Source of the DNA: Octopus sinensis
Taxonomy: Eukaryota
Length of the DNA: 64,000 bases
NCBI RefSeq assembly: GCF_006345805.1
Contig: NC_042999.1
Location: 105,524,001 to 105,588,000 of the forward strand
Direction of reading: 5' to 3'
Below are positions 39,101-53,507 of this stretch, in pieces. A model generated the notes under the pieces. That model was not told where the DNA came from. It saw only the letters and a program-made list of their open reading frames with translations, and ran no database searches. The translations under genes and the position numbers were made by a program. Numbering within the stretch: position 1 is the first letter of the stretch; each line of letters begins with the position of its first letter.

Positions 39101-41694
39101 TTAATCTATCACTGGCAGCTACTATGGTATTTTCTGCTTGAATGTAATGAGAAATATATATCAATGAACAAAATGAAAATAAGATGGTTCATTCTACTCT
39201 TCGTAACTAAGAAAATGTCAGCTTTCCCTATAGAAAATAGGACCGAGGCATGATTCATTTGCAAATATCAATCGCTGAAAATCTAAAAACACGAAAACAA
39301 ATAAGCCTAACAACATAAGTCATATGATATGATGTCGTATACATATTTCCTACATGCAGAAAAAAGAATCGTCAATATTATATAATCAAGCCCAATGTAT
39401 TTGAGTTTCTAATAACTTTCGAGTTTAACATAGAAAATATATGATAGATGCAGATCGATTTGCATAAACAAAGCGTATTCTAAATAATTATCTGAAAATT
39501 ATTTGAAACATATGATGCAACAATATGAAAAAAACAGCGATGCTGATACTGAACGACGCTTCACCAAAATGTTGTAGAATATTTTAAATATAAATATTAA
39601 TTAAACTATAAGCATAGCCGATAGAGAGAAAGGGCAAATACAAGGAAAATAAAAGGGGCGAGGATAATTTGATGAGAAATAATTATTCGTATATTACACT
39701 GTTCCAGCGAATTAATATTTTTTTCTGTCGCATAATGCATGGGAAATAAAATAATAACACAAAAAACAACACACGCAATTTATGCTCTCATATATGCGGA
39801 GTGCAGCGATTTAGAACTCGCCAGTTTACTAAATGTTAGCAAAATATGGATCTCGAAACCTCTAACGGGTAGGTTTCAAATTTATCAAAGAAAATTAACA
39901 TTGCAAATCTTCGAACACTGACAGGACAGTTCATTTCATATAACGGCTTCAGGAGATTCCGATGATGATGCCAGAGATCAATGAGTTATATTCAGGTTTT
40001 AGAATGAACAATCACGAATGCAGCGCAAAAGAATATTACACAGACATCGTATGTACTTATGAGAGGACAATACATGCCTGGAATGTCACTGTAAAACCGT
40101 TTAATCTGTGTTGAACGATAATGTAACATTGGTAAAATCCCCTCACAAACAAGGAATGCTTTAGTTCTCTGATGCGAAATAGTTCAATCAGGGACAAATA
40201 TCTAGCAATGGAAGTAATTGTATACAAATAAATATTATATCCCAAAAGTGATGCACACTAAGTTTCCGGCAACTGTCATGATTATAGGAGGTCTTTGTAA
40301 GACGATCATATCACGTCACCTTACGTATTTCCACAGGGATTTACAATGATGGCCATCGAATACTTTGAGATGATGAGGACATTTCTTATGCTGTAGATGG
40401 ATGATGCACGCAGTAGACGGCCATGCTGTTTCAGCAAACCTCAACCCCTTCTCAGGAAAAACAAGAATGGGTGTAAGGCAATATTTACTACCATGTAACA
40501 CAATAAATTTTGGCCTCTAAACTCGCCTTAATTATATTCCATGTACTATTAGTTTGATATATTTTTTGGAAGGCAGTCTAATCGAAAACCTCACACTTTT
40601 TGAGCTACATTCATTGTCGACATTGTCTAGGCGGTGTTCGAAGTGAATGAAGACCAGTTAGTGCAAATATGTCAAGAAACCCTCTCCCGCGTTGAAGCAG
40701 ACATCGAAGTTAAAGGCAGATTTAGAGAACTTGGGAAAAAATCTTTATCAATTGAAGCAAGGCAAAAAATACGTTTTCTATTTTCAATTTGTTTACACTT
40801 AGATTTTTATTATTATCAGGAACAGGTGCATATTTTTTCTATCAAAATGTTCCTGGTGTTTTCATAGAATAGAGTTATTTTAGTAAATTCCAAAATATTT
40901 TCTGAAATGCATTTAACTCTCTATATACATTGCTATAAGTTTATGATACTTTAACTTCAACTTTCATGTCAAACATTGGCTAATAAACCAATAAAATGTC
41001 TCCGCCATGATTAGGTGAGTATACTCGGCTCTGCGTATACTCAAATTACGTGCTCTTGCGTGTGATTTAGTAATCTGTAACAGAGCAAACACTATTTGTA
41101 ACAAAGTCTTGTAAAATATAGTTGAGTTTAAATATCATTAATGACAAACGAGACCTATTTTAATCAGTGTCGGGCAATACTTTGAACACTAATACAGAAC
41201 TTAGATGTATCGAAGTTTATTTAGTCGCAAAATGGACGCACATTTAGTCAAAGGTATTGCAGCATGTCGAGAATGCGATCTCCATATGAATTATGGCATG
41301 TTTTGAAGAGGTGTGATATGTTTGGATTATTTTCGTGTAAGCTGGATCATTAATATGTACATCTGCTTCATTCCCAGCAATTATATTTACAAATTTTCCT
41401 GACTGATTACACTGAATTTTTATAATCCCCTGAACATAAATATGATGGTAGTCTGTGAAAAAGTGTGCTTAAGTATGTGTAATATGTTTCTCTACTGAAA
41501 GTATATATTACATCGAAATATGCAATGATCTCGGGAAATAAGCATCTCCTCTCCTACCACACATTTTTACACTGACATACTTGAATTTCTCTCTCTCTTT
41601 CTACCACTTTATCTGTCTCTAAATTTCTGTTTCTGTTTTTGAATACATACATACTTAGATATGTACAAATATACACACAGATACATATGTGTCC

Positions 41695-41695
<1 letters not shown>

Positions 41696-41789
<94 letters not shown>

Positions 41790-41800
41790 CATCTATCTAT
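41696..41800. repeat. (TCTA)n microsatellite
   Basis: Read directly. Confidence 0.97.
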
Positions 41801-41989
41801 ATGTATATATATCTGTGGTCGTTAGCTGGGCGCGTTGCTCATAAGCTGATTGGGATTGTTGAAGCGTCGTTGCTTTTATGAGTAGTGATTATTATTTCGC
41901 TAATAAAAGAAGTTGGTGTAACGCTCTAAAGAATTCTGCCATATTCTCGGTTTGCTTCCAGTTTAGGTTGGGCGTAAAGTATCTCTCCA

Positions 41990-42021
<32 letters not shown>

Positions 42022-42029
42022 CATATATA

Positions 42030-42125
42030 AAAGAAGAAAAAGCAAATGGAGATTGGGAAGTTAATTGTTTATTATTAACTGAAAATTAATCATGATCCCT
42101 TCCAGCTGTTTTAATTAATATTCGA
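42030..42125 (-). mobile_element. Short PLE terminal-repeat-like fragment between (TA)n tracts
   Basis: ggagattgggaa...tgtttattattaactg is shared with 60345-60445. A degenerate (G)AAACAGCTG HHR stem-III half lies on the minus strand. Confidence 0.45.
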
Positions 42126-43584
42126 ATTATATATATATATACATTTGCTATGCATTATATCGTAATAATTGTCCATGAAATCCTACGCAAAAAAGCACAA
42201 ATTTTGTAAGACATGATCATCCAAATCTAGTATTAAAGCGATCCTACATATTTTAACATGTATACGTATAACTACCTTATATTGTCTTTGCTTTCTCGAA
42301 GGCACCATGGGCTGGAATGGAAACCGATTACGCTGTAATTTCAAGTTTTCAGTTCAGGAACATTGATGCTTCCCAGGAGACTCTAGTTCAAAATATGTAA
42401 AATATTAAGTTACAAAAATAGAAAACTTGAGTTTTCATTATACTTTCAGGTGCACCTTTTGGCCTCATGTATTTAGCTATAATGTCATAGGTGTGCAATC
42501 TAATGTAAATATAGCTAAATATATAGATGCTGCATTACATTCTCCTTTGTGTCATTCTTTAATTATGCTAATTCCGATTGATATTGTTTTATTTTTGCCA
42601 TGAAATGTTATTGAAAATAAAATATTCCATTTCGATATAGTTAAGAATAATGTTTTTACTGGACATTTTGAAATTTGTTTTTGCAGAATTAGAATGAACA
42701 TGAATGATGTGTAGGATTTGAATTGTAGTAACGCAAGTGTTAATTTTGTTCCAGTTAATATATCTTGCGAAGGCTTATGCTCTGACATTTACATAGCTAT
42801 GCCTTACATCTTGCTATTTTCACATTTTACGTGAAGTAGCATTGTTATAATACCGAATACCATAAATCGGATAATAACTACATATTTTCCATTTTATGCC
42901 CGTAATTATTTCATTTTAATGGCTATCTTTCCAGTGGAGTGATGTAACTTTCAACCTATAGCTCACTCCTTTCAAAATAAACTGAAAATTGCATTATTAC
43001 GCTTATTATATTTAGGGCAATTGCATCAGTAGTTTCTATTTCATACGAATTTTACTACGCTTTTTTTTATCACACTATATTTTATCATTTTACATATTTT
43101 AATTCTTGTTCATTATATTAGTTAATTAGTCTTAAACTGTCATCGTAAAAATGCTATTCATGGAAATATGTCATGCGTTTTGGAATTACTTTTAACATAC
43201 TTTTGGTTTTAACACATAGCAGTCCTTGAAAACAACTTAGGCTTCCGTTTGTCAGTTGTGGTTAATAAAATACAGGTGTGATATGGTAACTATTTGAAAC
43301 AATGGGAATTATTATACTCCTTCAATGTATCACGCATCAGAAACAACTACAGTTACACTCCAAAACCTTGCAGATAGACGCACATAAAATATGATGGGGT
43401 AGCAACACAAATGCCCTCAAAAGGGTAACATGTAATAGGGTTCAAAAACTGAATGTAGTCGTCAAAGTTTAATTTATTGTGCCGATTTTCTACTAATGTT
43501 GATCTATTTACCGTTCAACATTACCCACATAAAATGTGAGATTTCCAATCTTTTCTATATATTACTAATTAGCAACCCAATAAA

Positions 43585-43700
43585 GGCAATAAGTTGGCAG
43601 AATCGTTAGTATGCCTGAAAAAATGCTGGGTGTCATGTCGTGCGTAATCGCGCTGTGAATTCAAATTCCGCTGAGGTTAACTCTGCCTTTCTATGGTACT
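43585..43700 (+). mobile_element. SINE family A, 5' fragment
   Basis: ttggcagaatcgttag...gaattcaaattccgctgaggttaactctgccttt. Confidence 0.7.
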
Positions 43701-44397
43701 CAAAAATCTTTCGGTATTTTTTAAGGAGATGAACTAAAGACTGTGTGTCTGAAACGGCACGGAACGTCAGAATGCGATCGTCCTTTTGAGTTAACTATCA
43801 CAGCTTACATTCTCTACTATGCCAAATATATGTTTATTAAACATATGAATGTGAGTTTCTATACACATTTCTATAGACATACATATTTAATATAAAATTA
43901 CTTTATCTAGCAAATTTGTACTCAGAAAAATTGCTTCTGCAAGAGAATTCACTAAATGAAAATGAGGAATTTTTAATGACACAGGAAAAACATGCTAACA
44001 AAAGTAAAATTTTATAATTATGCATCATTGTAATGATATTTTCTTTTCCTAAATTTTCTTCAAAAATATTTTTTCCATAGCAAATCTGTGTTTCCATAAA
44101 TTAACATAATTATACATTCGGTAATATCAAAATCCATCTCTATATATTTAATTAGTTATATTTCGTTCAAATTAAATTAAACACAAAGAAACGAAAAACA
44201 GTAATTCAAACAATTATAGCATTACATCTAAACATTAGGCGGAAATTATTTAGATTTCAAAAGCATTTTAACTCTATATATATTCACTAAATTTTAATCT
44301 GATTTCAGTAATTCTTTCCAGCGTTAGAAACAAGACAAACAATACCATTTTTTCTATAGGTCCCTCAAGTAAAAACCAAAAAAATATTATATATTAT

Positions 44398-44500
44398 GTA
44401 GCTGAGTGGACTGAAGAACCAATGACTGCTTCAGGAATCGAAACCACAATCTTACGATGAAAAATGAAACATTGTAACCTTTACATTACGCTCCTTCACA
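44398..44500 (-). mobile_element. SINE head fragment of a third tRNA-derived family
   Basis: Minus strand gtgaaggagcg...cgtaagattgtggtttcgattcctg (B-box-like). Confidence 0.5.
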
Positions 44501-44797
44501 GACACTCTTATAGACATACAGGCATACATATGTGTTTTAAAATTCTCCCGATGTGTTAATTTATAATCTTGACAAGTTGTGTATAGGCGTATTACATCAT
44601 TTAAAAGATTTATGTTGAATTGACCGGTCTCAAATGAAATTGAAAAATCCTTGTTTTTATTTGGTTATATTTGTTTCAGCATGTTGAACGACTCTCCTTT
44701 GCCATCGGTTATTGAAACTTTCCCAATGGGCTAAAAGATGTGCTGTGAATATCAACACTCGTCTTTGTCTTATATATATATACATATACATATATAT

Positions 44798-44853
<56 letters not shown>

Positions 44854-46704
44854 ATATACACGTACTTGAGGTTAGTAGAAATATATTTGACATATTCGAA
44901 TAGCAAAAGGCATATTCGCTGGATTTACCGTGGAGAGAATTTTCCCTCTTATGTCATGGCAAAAGGCGGAAAAACCACACACCTGCCAAGCGTTTCCGAG
45001 TACAGATTCCCAGTTGGTTGCTTGTGACTCTTTAGACTTTCTCAATGGAAAATACGGAAGAGCGATAACCCTGGCCAGACTAAAAGCCATAGCCTTTTCT
45101 AAAAACTGTAAAATTTGGTTTTGAAACTGCCCACAGTTTTCTCTCTTTGTTATTTCCCATGCAGTAAAGAAAGCTACACAGCCAGAAAAAACCGTCTGGG
45201 AATAAGATAGGGGTGCACTTTTACACATTTTACTATATAAGGGATATTTTTCTCTGCGGTAACTCCAGTGAATTTGCCTTTAAAAATTAAAATATATCAG
45301 AAATATATTCCAACTAACATAATGGTCCTCCGTTCTTAATCTCTGGTTGGTGCTAATAGCGTGAGTCGAACACACTGACGTTGTAAAAGAGATAGGTTCT
45401 TCTGTGATGTATAACTGAGCGACCAGCCTGTTTTGTGTCAAAATATGCCTAGGTGCATTAAGAACAAATATGCAAATAATCGATTAAGATGTCGCTGTAC
45501 ACAATGCAAATACACACACACACTCACACACACACACATACACAAACACACACACACACACACACAAACGTGTATGTGTGTGTATGGATGATGTATTGAT
45601 GGAACATGAATAACCTTTGGGAGTTTTTGTATTTTCAACGGTTTTAGGTTTCTTTTTATCAAAAGATTTAGTCATCCAGTTGCAAGTAAAATCTGTTGTT
45701 TAGTCCGGAAATTCGTCCGTTCTGAACGATGTAAAGTTGAATATCACGACTAGATTCGATCATCTTTATAACATAGCGCCATGATATCAAGGTGCAAATC
45801 AGTGCAGGATGCCAACCGACAGTCGTTTGATGGCGAACCCAACTACATAATCTCTAGGACAGCATTATAGATGCACGCACGATCATACATGTATATGTAC
45901 ATACACACAAACACATATACAGGTATACTCACACACTCATACAGTAGCACACACAAATATACATGTATATGTATATATATATATGAATGTATGTATGTAT
46001 TTATGTATGTGCGTGTATCTGCATGTGCAGGGTTGCCGTGAGTGCTTCTGTAAGTGAGGATATATATGCGTGAAAGTGCGGTAGCCGAAAACAAGGAAGT
46101 TGATTATGTACAGATAAAATAAAATAAATCAATTTATTATATTTAGGTGCGAATTAACTGTCTGCATATGTTATAGATTTTGTAGGTGAAATTATACTGA
46201 ATAAATCTAACAGTCATAATTGAATTCTACATTGGTTAATTAAGATAAACTGTTTCATTAAATGATCTGTAACTTGCAATGAATATATAATAGCTTGTAC
46301 AGGCTCTAACATTGTTCAATGACGACGTACTAATAGTATTTCTGTATGGAAGTTGTTGAGAAATGCATTTATTTTTTAATTTCTTTTCTAACAATTAATT
46401 TTCACATTTGTCTACTGTTAGTTCAGGTGAACCAAAATCACCGATATGGTGCTGGAATATACATTCCACTCCGCAGGTCATGGTTTGTGTACTCCTACTT
46501 GTCGAAATGGACTTGTTTTCCACCATGTAAAATCTCTGACGTAGAGTACAATTAAAATTTTACGTTAAATATATATGTATTCTGCATTGCACATCCGTCG
46601 TTCTCATTCTAGAGAGAAATGCGTCATAAAATGCTTCCAGCTAAATTGAATAACGAAAGCAAACTCAGTTAACGATGAATAGGCTGATTCATGTTATATT
46701 AATT

Positions 46705-47300
46705 TCGCGTCTGCCAGCTCGTCTTCGTCTGAGTGGGCCTAGAAGAAAATGTGATCCCTTCCACGACTGTTGATGGTTTTGTACCGTAAGCTTTATATTG
46801 TATGTATTTTAATGAAAAGGTTTAGGGCTCGGCATCCGTAGAACGCAGAGCTTATCTTACTAAACCGCTTTGTCCAATCCATCTCTTCGGAAAATCTCCA
46901 CAAAGTATGCTTTTACGTTACCGTGGTATATTTGCAGTGCCTCATCTTGCTGGCAGGGTATTTGCGGGTCTTCAATGTCCTCATGAATGCATCTCATGCT
47001 AGATTGTCGCAGCGTGCGGGAGTAAAAGCACCATTTTCAGTGTAGTCAAAACATTAGGGTCCTTTTGATGAAAAGGTGCGCCATATTCTAAATTCGGGTG
47101 AAGGATATACCACCATAATATACACATTCTCAGAGCCCCTGTAGGTGGAATTGTAGCGGTTAATCGAACGATTTACTTTAAAGGTAGCCTAATGTGTATC
47201 TTCTACATATCGTACCACGTACCAATTGTAAAATAGCACTATCTGGACTGTTGCATCATCATTGAGAACATGAAGCCATCTTAAACTGTAGGACACTTTC
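46705..47300 (-). mobile_element. Old LINE (RTE-like) 3' relic
   Basis: Higher-GC block with weak similarity to the post-RT region of RTE-type LINEs; no intact motif. Confidence 0.3.
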
Positions 47301-47405
47301 CGTTTTAAAGCTAATCTAATGATCTTACCTTTCTAACAGGTTCAACCTAAAGAAATTGATATATATGTATGAATATATATATATTTATATATATATATAT
47401 ATATA

Positions 47406-47663
47406 TAGATCGTTAGCTCCTACATGCATTCTTTCTCTCCTTGTTTCTTTCCTTGTTTTTTTCTGTGTATGTATATATATATATATATATATATATGATA
47501 GATCGTTAGCTCCTACATGCATTCTTTCTCTCCTTGTTTCTCTCCTTGTTTTTTCTGTGTATCTTTCTGTCGAAGAGCGTAGGCTCGAAACGTAAAATAC
47601 TTGTTCTATTTCTATTCCTGAGCGCCATACTAATACATTGTTTATTTTCGTAAACCTTCCCGT
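47406..47663 (+). mobile_element. PLE-type terminal repeat in partial tandem, with non-canonical HHR-like motif
   Basis: The 47406-47468 segment repeats at about 47499-47561 across a (TA)n tract. Contains CTGTCGAAGAG-CGTAGG-CTC-GAAACGTA. Ends in (TA)n. Confidence 0.7.
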
Positions 47664-47697
<34 letters not shown>

Positions 47698-48453
47698 ATA
47701 TATAATATATATATATATATAAATAATATATATATATATACATATATCATGGTGATAATAAGGATACATTTCCCCTGAGGCCATAAGAATTACAGGCTCT
47801 TCAATCTCCATAAGCTACACCTACTGAGGGAACATCGCATCTAATATCGCATATGCTCACAGTATGCATACGCACGGATGTGTGCGAGCGAGCTTCAAGT
47901 GCCGAGTGCATGCTCTTGTACATGCGAAACCGTACGTATGCATGTTTGTACACTTGCACACTCGTGCACACTCGTGTGTGCGCGCTCCTGTGCTTGTACT
48001 TGCGTGTTTATATAGATGGGTGAAAAGTGTGCACGGGTGCATGTGTGTATATCTGTGTATATATGTGTGCACGTGTGTATGCGTATACATGTTCGCGCTC
48101 GCATGAGTATGTGTGCCTTCGGGCATATATGTGTACATATACAACCACACATATACCACCACATATATACACGTATACATACACACCCCTACATCAATCG
48201 CCCCTTCCTACATCCCCTAACTATACGAGCGATTTCCTGTTCACCACGCAGTCGATTTCCCGTTCATGCGGTATTTTCCATCTGTCGGCAGTCACTAAAA
48301 TAATATAATCTCGACATTAATACGCCGTGACTTATCTCAATCAATCGCAGGTTGACGTCCAGTAATAAACATTGACTCTCTTCAATCGATCTTTCATTCA
48401 GACTCCGAAGACTAGCCATGAACTAGTTCTCTTATTTCGTTTGTATGTGTATC

Positions 48454-48484
<31 letters not shown>

Positions 48485-48606
48485 ATATGTATGTATGTAT
48501 CTATATATCTATCTATATACATATATGAATATATATATATGTATGTATGTATATATATATATATATATTATATATATATATATATATAAATAATATATAT
48601 ATATAC

Positions 48607-48770
48607 AGGGAGAGACGAAGACAGGTGGTATACAAAACAAACAGATGTATTAGTATATCGCTCAGGAATAGAAAACAGTCTTTTACGTTTCGAACCTACG
48701 CTCTTCTACTGAAAGGGACACAGGAAAAACAAGGAGAGAAAAAATGTATGTAGTGGCTAACGATCCATCA
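48607..48770 (-). mobile_element. Second copy of the 47.4-kb family, reverse orientation
   Basis: Minus strand gatcgttagccactacat...CAGTAGAAGAGCGTAGGTTCGAAACGTAaaagac...ttcctgagcg.tatactaataca; 3' end in (TA)n. Confidence 0.75.
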
Positions 48771-48867
48771 AGGATAAGACCTTTATTTTAAGCAACGATC
48801 ATATCAAGTGGCCATCGTGGGAACAAAAACCTCATAGGTAATAATTCTTATTAAAATTTAATTCAGA

Positions 48868-49288
48868 GTATCTAAGATACCACCATTCTAGAGATGGTAG
48901 TGAAAACCTGATTCCCAAACCACATCAAGTATTCATACAAATTACTGAATAATCCCAGGCCTAAGTTTTCTGGCACTATATGAAAAATATACGACAAATT
49001 CGATTGTCCATCTAAGCACCGCATGTTATATGGTCAAAATACTACTGCAGTGAATATAATGACGAAGTAAATATATATAAATTATTATATAAATAAGGAT
49101 TGTGTATCTCACTTTGTAGGCAAATTATATATTTTTATACAGAGTCAGAAACCCTGGGTCTCGGATAATCCAGTAATTTACTAGTTTATTTGTCTATTTG
49201 TCTTTTCACCTTGTGCTGTATGAATACTTTACGTAATTTTGGAGTCAGGCTGTGACTGTCATATGTAGCATGGTGGTATCTTAGTTAC
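48868..49288. mobile_element. Old MITE-like palindrome
   Basis: taagataccaccat pairs with atggtggtatctta, aagtattcatac with gtatgaatactt, and attactg.at.atcc with ggataatccagtaat. Confidence 0.7.
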
Positions 49289-51324
49289 CCCCAATTATAC
49301 AATTTTACATATAATGTTTGAAGGTCTAAATCTCTGACAGGTCAGAATACGAATGTTCTGTTTCTCAGGATCTCCCGAAGATATATAAAGACAGATTAAT
49401 CCCGACTTTAGATCGAGCTACGAATTAAATCGGCACTTTCATTCCGATAATAGACGCTATTTCATTGGCAACAAATACGAAATTCTAATACGTGAAAGAT
49501 TCTCGTTGGTGAACAATAGATATAAAAGTGCTCCTAGTGTAGCTACATATCCATAGATATAGATATAACCAACCCATCCGTACATACATATATAATATAA
49601 CAAATAAATAATATTTTAAAATCATCTTAACAACTTGAGAAATACATACGTAAGCTTAGAAATATTACTTGAAATATTCATAATTGCCTCCCATTAACTT
49701 GTTATTATCCTTCTCTCTTCTACTATATTTATATAGAGTTCAATTTGCGTTGATATAAGCGACTTAATACTTATTACCCCTTGCTACACATACTCGTTAT
49801 TTTCCTCTTTCCGCTCCATCTATTAGCGGTTCTTATTTAAAATGACAATACTTCCGTTTTTCAAATTGATTGACTAATAGTCACCTCGTAACTGGTCAGA
49901 AACTTCCTACTTCAGAATTGGGGTTGTATAGCATGTTTTCACCTAGACTACGAAGTAAGCATATATGAAATAATTGATATTTTAATAACCTTGAGTTATG
50001 CTATGTAGCTATGTCGGGCAGTAAATGATACCAATTTTTATGTTTATGTTTTGTAGAATTGTATGGTAAATCTTGACTGCTCCTATTATTACGTGCACAA
50101 AATAGTAATATTTTGCTACCCAGTTTAATTAATTTCTGTTAACGATTTTGAAATGCTCTTCATTTAATTTCATTTTCTAATCGATTAACGTATAGTTAAC
50201 CGATATCATATTAAGTTCTGTAACTCCCGGTATTTTTACTTTTTACTTTATGATCAAACCAATATAATGCTCCAAGAGCATTATATATTCAACTTACGCC
50301 GGCAGTAGCCTCACCGCACCCCGTAGATAGGCATGTACCACTAATTATCATAACTATTCTAATTGTATAAGTAAATTTGTCAGTCGGTCGAAAGGTTCTG
50401 TGAGGGATAGGATATAACATCAATTGTTATAACCTTATTTTCTCATTCTTTTTTTTCATGTTTCTGCTCTGATGAAATTCTACAATTTAAGCTGGTATAA
50501 TTATTACCAGTGATAATTATTGTTATTGTAATAATTAAGCCTAATTATACCCAAGATAAGCGCGAACAGAAAAAGCTGTTAGATCAGATATTGTATTTTT
50601 TTAATTAATAAATAATAATTGATGTTTATCAGTTATCAGTTTTATCTCCATTTCTTCATTTTTCCATGAATATAGATAAACTTCGGTTTATTCCTTCCTT
50701 ACTTAACATTTATGAGCATTAATACTAATACTCATAATCCCATAGAGGTTATACACCAGTAATCCACTGGATATAGATATCCATTAAATGATTTTTAAAA
50801 CCTCTAATTCAACTCACCTGCATATATATTCTTTTATGGAGATAATGATACTAAAAATAATGGAACACCCATCCCACGCGACGAGTTGTATGTGATAGTC
50901 GTTAGAAATAATGTAACGTAGGAATTCGAGAGGTCGGTGAAGACGGTCATAGGTAGTCGTGTCTGTATTTGTCTAACTAACTATACTGATATACAGGAGT
51001 GGATGTTATAGCAGTTCGATGTTGGACTATAACAAACTCACGAGGATTAAGTAAATTTCACAAATGTTTTTGTTCCAATTTTATGGTATGCAAAATCGTA
51101 AGATTACGAAAGAATTGTTTTCCGTTTTGCTCGAGTTGTAACAAAATCAACAACAAAAGACATCCAAGTTTATTACAGCTACAAAAGCTGCAATTAATGT
51201 ATAGTAAGTCGTCCAAAATTTTTTGAAAGATGTACTCGCCAGATTATGTTGCAAACTCAATAACGGAATTTTTAGTATGATCCAGGCAAATGAGTTATCT
51301 GCGAGGCGAACTACAGAAGATACG

Positions 51325-52005
51325 AACAGGAAGTGTTCGCAAATATAATTGGAGGAAAATTCTTCTCAAAATTAGACATCTCGGAGGCATACTTACAAAG
51401 CGAATTAGAAGAAGAATGCTCACACTTATTAGCCAATAATACACACCGTGGTTTATTCAAATTTTAACGGCTTCTCTTCGGTGTAAAAGTGGCTCTTTCC
51501 ATATACCAACAAGTAATGGATACAATACTGGCGGACTGAAATTTTGCTTCCACCTGTTTAGATGATTCCCTATTTAGATGACACCCTATTTAGACGATAC
51601 CCATGTTTTGCATGTAGAGGTCTACACCTAAGAAAGTAGAATGTTTCGTTGTGGAAAAGTTGAACATGTAAAAAGAAAAGAGTAAACTAGATATCGTCGA
51701 AAGAAAACGGTTATGTGACAAGAAGGAAATTCGTAAGGGGTAAAACTGAAATATGAGAGTTAAAATGCAGTTAGATAGTAGGAGAAATATTACCATTGTG
51801 AATGAAGAAACTTGGAAGTATATAAGTAAGCCAAAAATCAAGTAAATCACAAACAGCGTGTAGAACACGTAAAAAGGGTCTTCGAAAATTAAGAGAATAC
51901 GTGAAGAAAAATGCGTGTTTTTTTTTTGAAAGAAAAAAAATGGTAAATACTTGGGCCAGATAATAGATAAAAACGGATTAAAAAGGATCCCTTCAGAGTA
52001 ACTGC
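51325..52005 (+). pseudogene. Decayed Ty3/Gypsy reverse transcriptase, interrupted
   Basis: EVFANIIGGKFFSKLDISEAYLQ..LEEEC..L..NTHRGLFKF*RLLFGVKVA..IYQQVMDTILA...CLDD, then after an unrelated 0.3-kb stretch EKC.F...KYLGQIIDKNG. Confidence 0.85.
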
Positions 52006-52310
52006 GATAATACATATATATATATATATCAACAATTGAGGGTAAAATTAATTAATTAATCAATTTCACCAAGTGTTCAGTATGTAAAAGGACCATTTAA
52101 GGCGAATTCAAAATTTTACATTATATAATTAGGGCTTAGTAAAATAAATTACTTTGCCACATACTGAACTTAGTAGAAATAGCAGCCAAAAAAAATTTTT
52201 TCTTAGCATTTCTACAACTTAAAGAAAATTTCTCTCAGATAATGTTTACTCTAGACAGCCCACGAAGGTTTGGAGGTAAATACAGAAAAATATCACAAGT
52301 ATATAGATCG

Positions 52311-52373
52311 TTTGAGTACGTCAACGTTTCAAGATTAGCCAAATAAAATCAGCATTTGTATCGTCAGCTCAAA
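52311..52373 (-). ncRNA. Type I hammerhead motif, array unit 1
   Basis: TTTGAG-CTGACGA-[30 nt, weak stem II]-GAAAC-GTTGAC-GTA-CTCAAA: perfect 6-bp stem I, full core and self-complementary stem III ACGTTGACGT. Confidence 0.68.
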
Positions 52374-52875
52374 ATTTCTTAATTTGGATTTGGAAACACT
52401 AACAAGAAGGAACTTTACCTATCAGCGAAGTTATCGCTTCAGATGAACCACTCCGACTAACAGTGTCAACAAATTCAAAATGCGCAGGCGTAAATTTCTT
52501 CAATCCGCTTCCACCCACGTGGTCTATCTAGCAAACATTATATTTTAACCGCGAGAACCGAGGCAGTATGACCGAGAGAAATGAATTATAATATCAACAA
52601 TTGAGGGTAAAATTAATTAATTAATCAATTTCACCAAGTGTTCAGTATGTAGAAGGACCATTTAAGGCGAATTCAAAATTTTACATTATATAATTAGGGC
52701 TTAGTAAAATAAATTACTTTGCCACATACTGAACTTAGTAGAAATAGCAGCCAAAAAAAAATTTTTCTTAGCATTTCTACAACTTAAAGAAAATTTCTCT
52801 CAGATAATGTTTACTCTAGACAGCCCACGAAGGTTTGGAGGTAAATACAGAAAAATATCACAAGTACATAGATCG

Positions 52876-52938
52876 TTTGAGTACGTCAACGTTTCAAGAT
52901 TAGCCAAATAAAATCAGCATTTGTATCGTCAGCTCAAA
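52876..52938 (-). ncRNA. Type I hammerhead motif, array unit 2
   Basis: Identical to the unit 1 motif. Confidence 0.68.
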
Positions 52939-53444
52939 ATTTCTTAATTTGGATTTGGAAACACTAAAAAGAAGGAACTTTACCTATCAGCGAAGTTATC
53001 GCTACAGATGAACCACTCCGACTAACAGTGTCAACAAATTCAAAATGCGCAGGCGTAAATTTCTTCAATTCGCTTCCACCCACGTCGTCTATCTAGCAAA
53101 CATTATATTTTAACCGCGAGAACCGAGGCAGTATGACCGAGAGAAATGAATTATAATATCAACAATTGAGGGTAAAATTAATTAATTAATCAATTTCACC
53201 AAGTGTTCAGTATGTAAAAGGACCATTTAAGGCGAATTCAAAATTTTACATTATATAATTAGGGCTTAGTAAAATAAATTACTTTGCCACATACTGAACT
53301 TAGTAGAAATAGCAGCTAAAAAAAAAAAAAAATTTCTTAGCATTTCTACAACTTAAAGAAAATTTCTCTCAGATAATGTTTACTCTAGACAGCCCACGAA
53401 GGTTTGGAGGTAAATACAGAAAAATATCACAAGTACATAGATCG

Positions 53445-53507
53445 TTTGAGTACGTCAACGTTTCAAGATTAGCCAAATAAAATCAGCATTTGTATCGTCA
53501 GCTCAAA
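53445..53507 (-). ncRNA. Type I hammerhead motif, array unit 3
   Basis: Identical to the unit 1 motif. Confidence 0.68.

Noticed and set aside
40337-40472. Possible exon bounded by tttccacag and gtaagg
   Set aside because: All three plus-strand frames contain stop codons.
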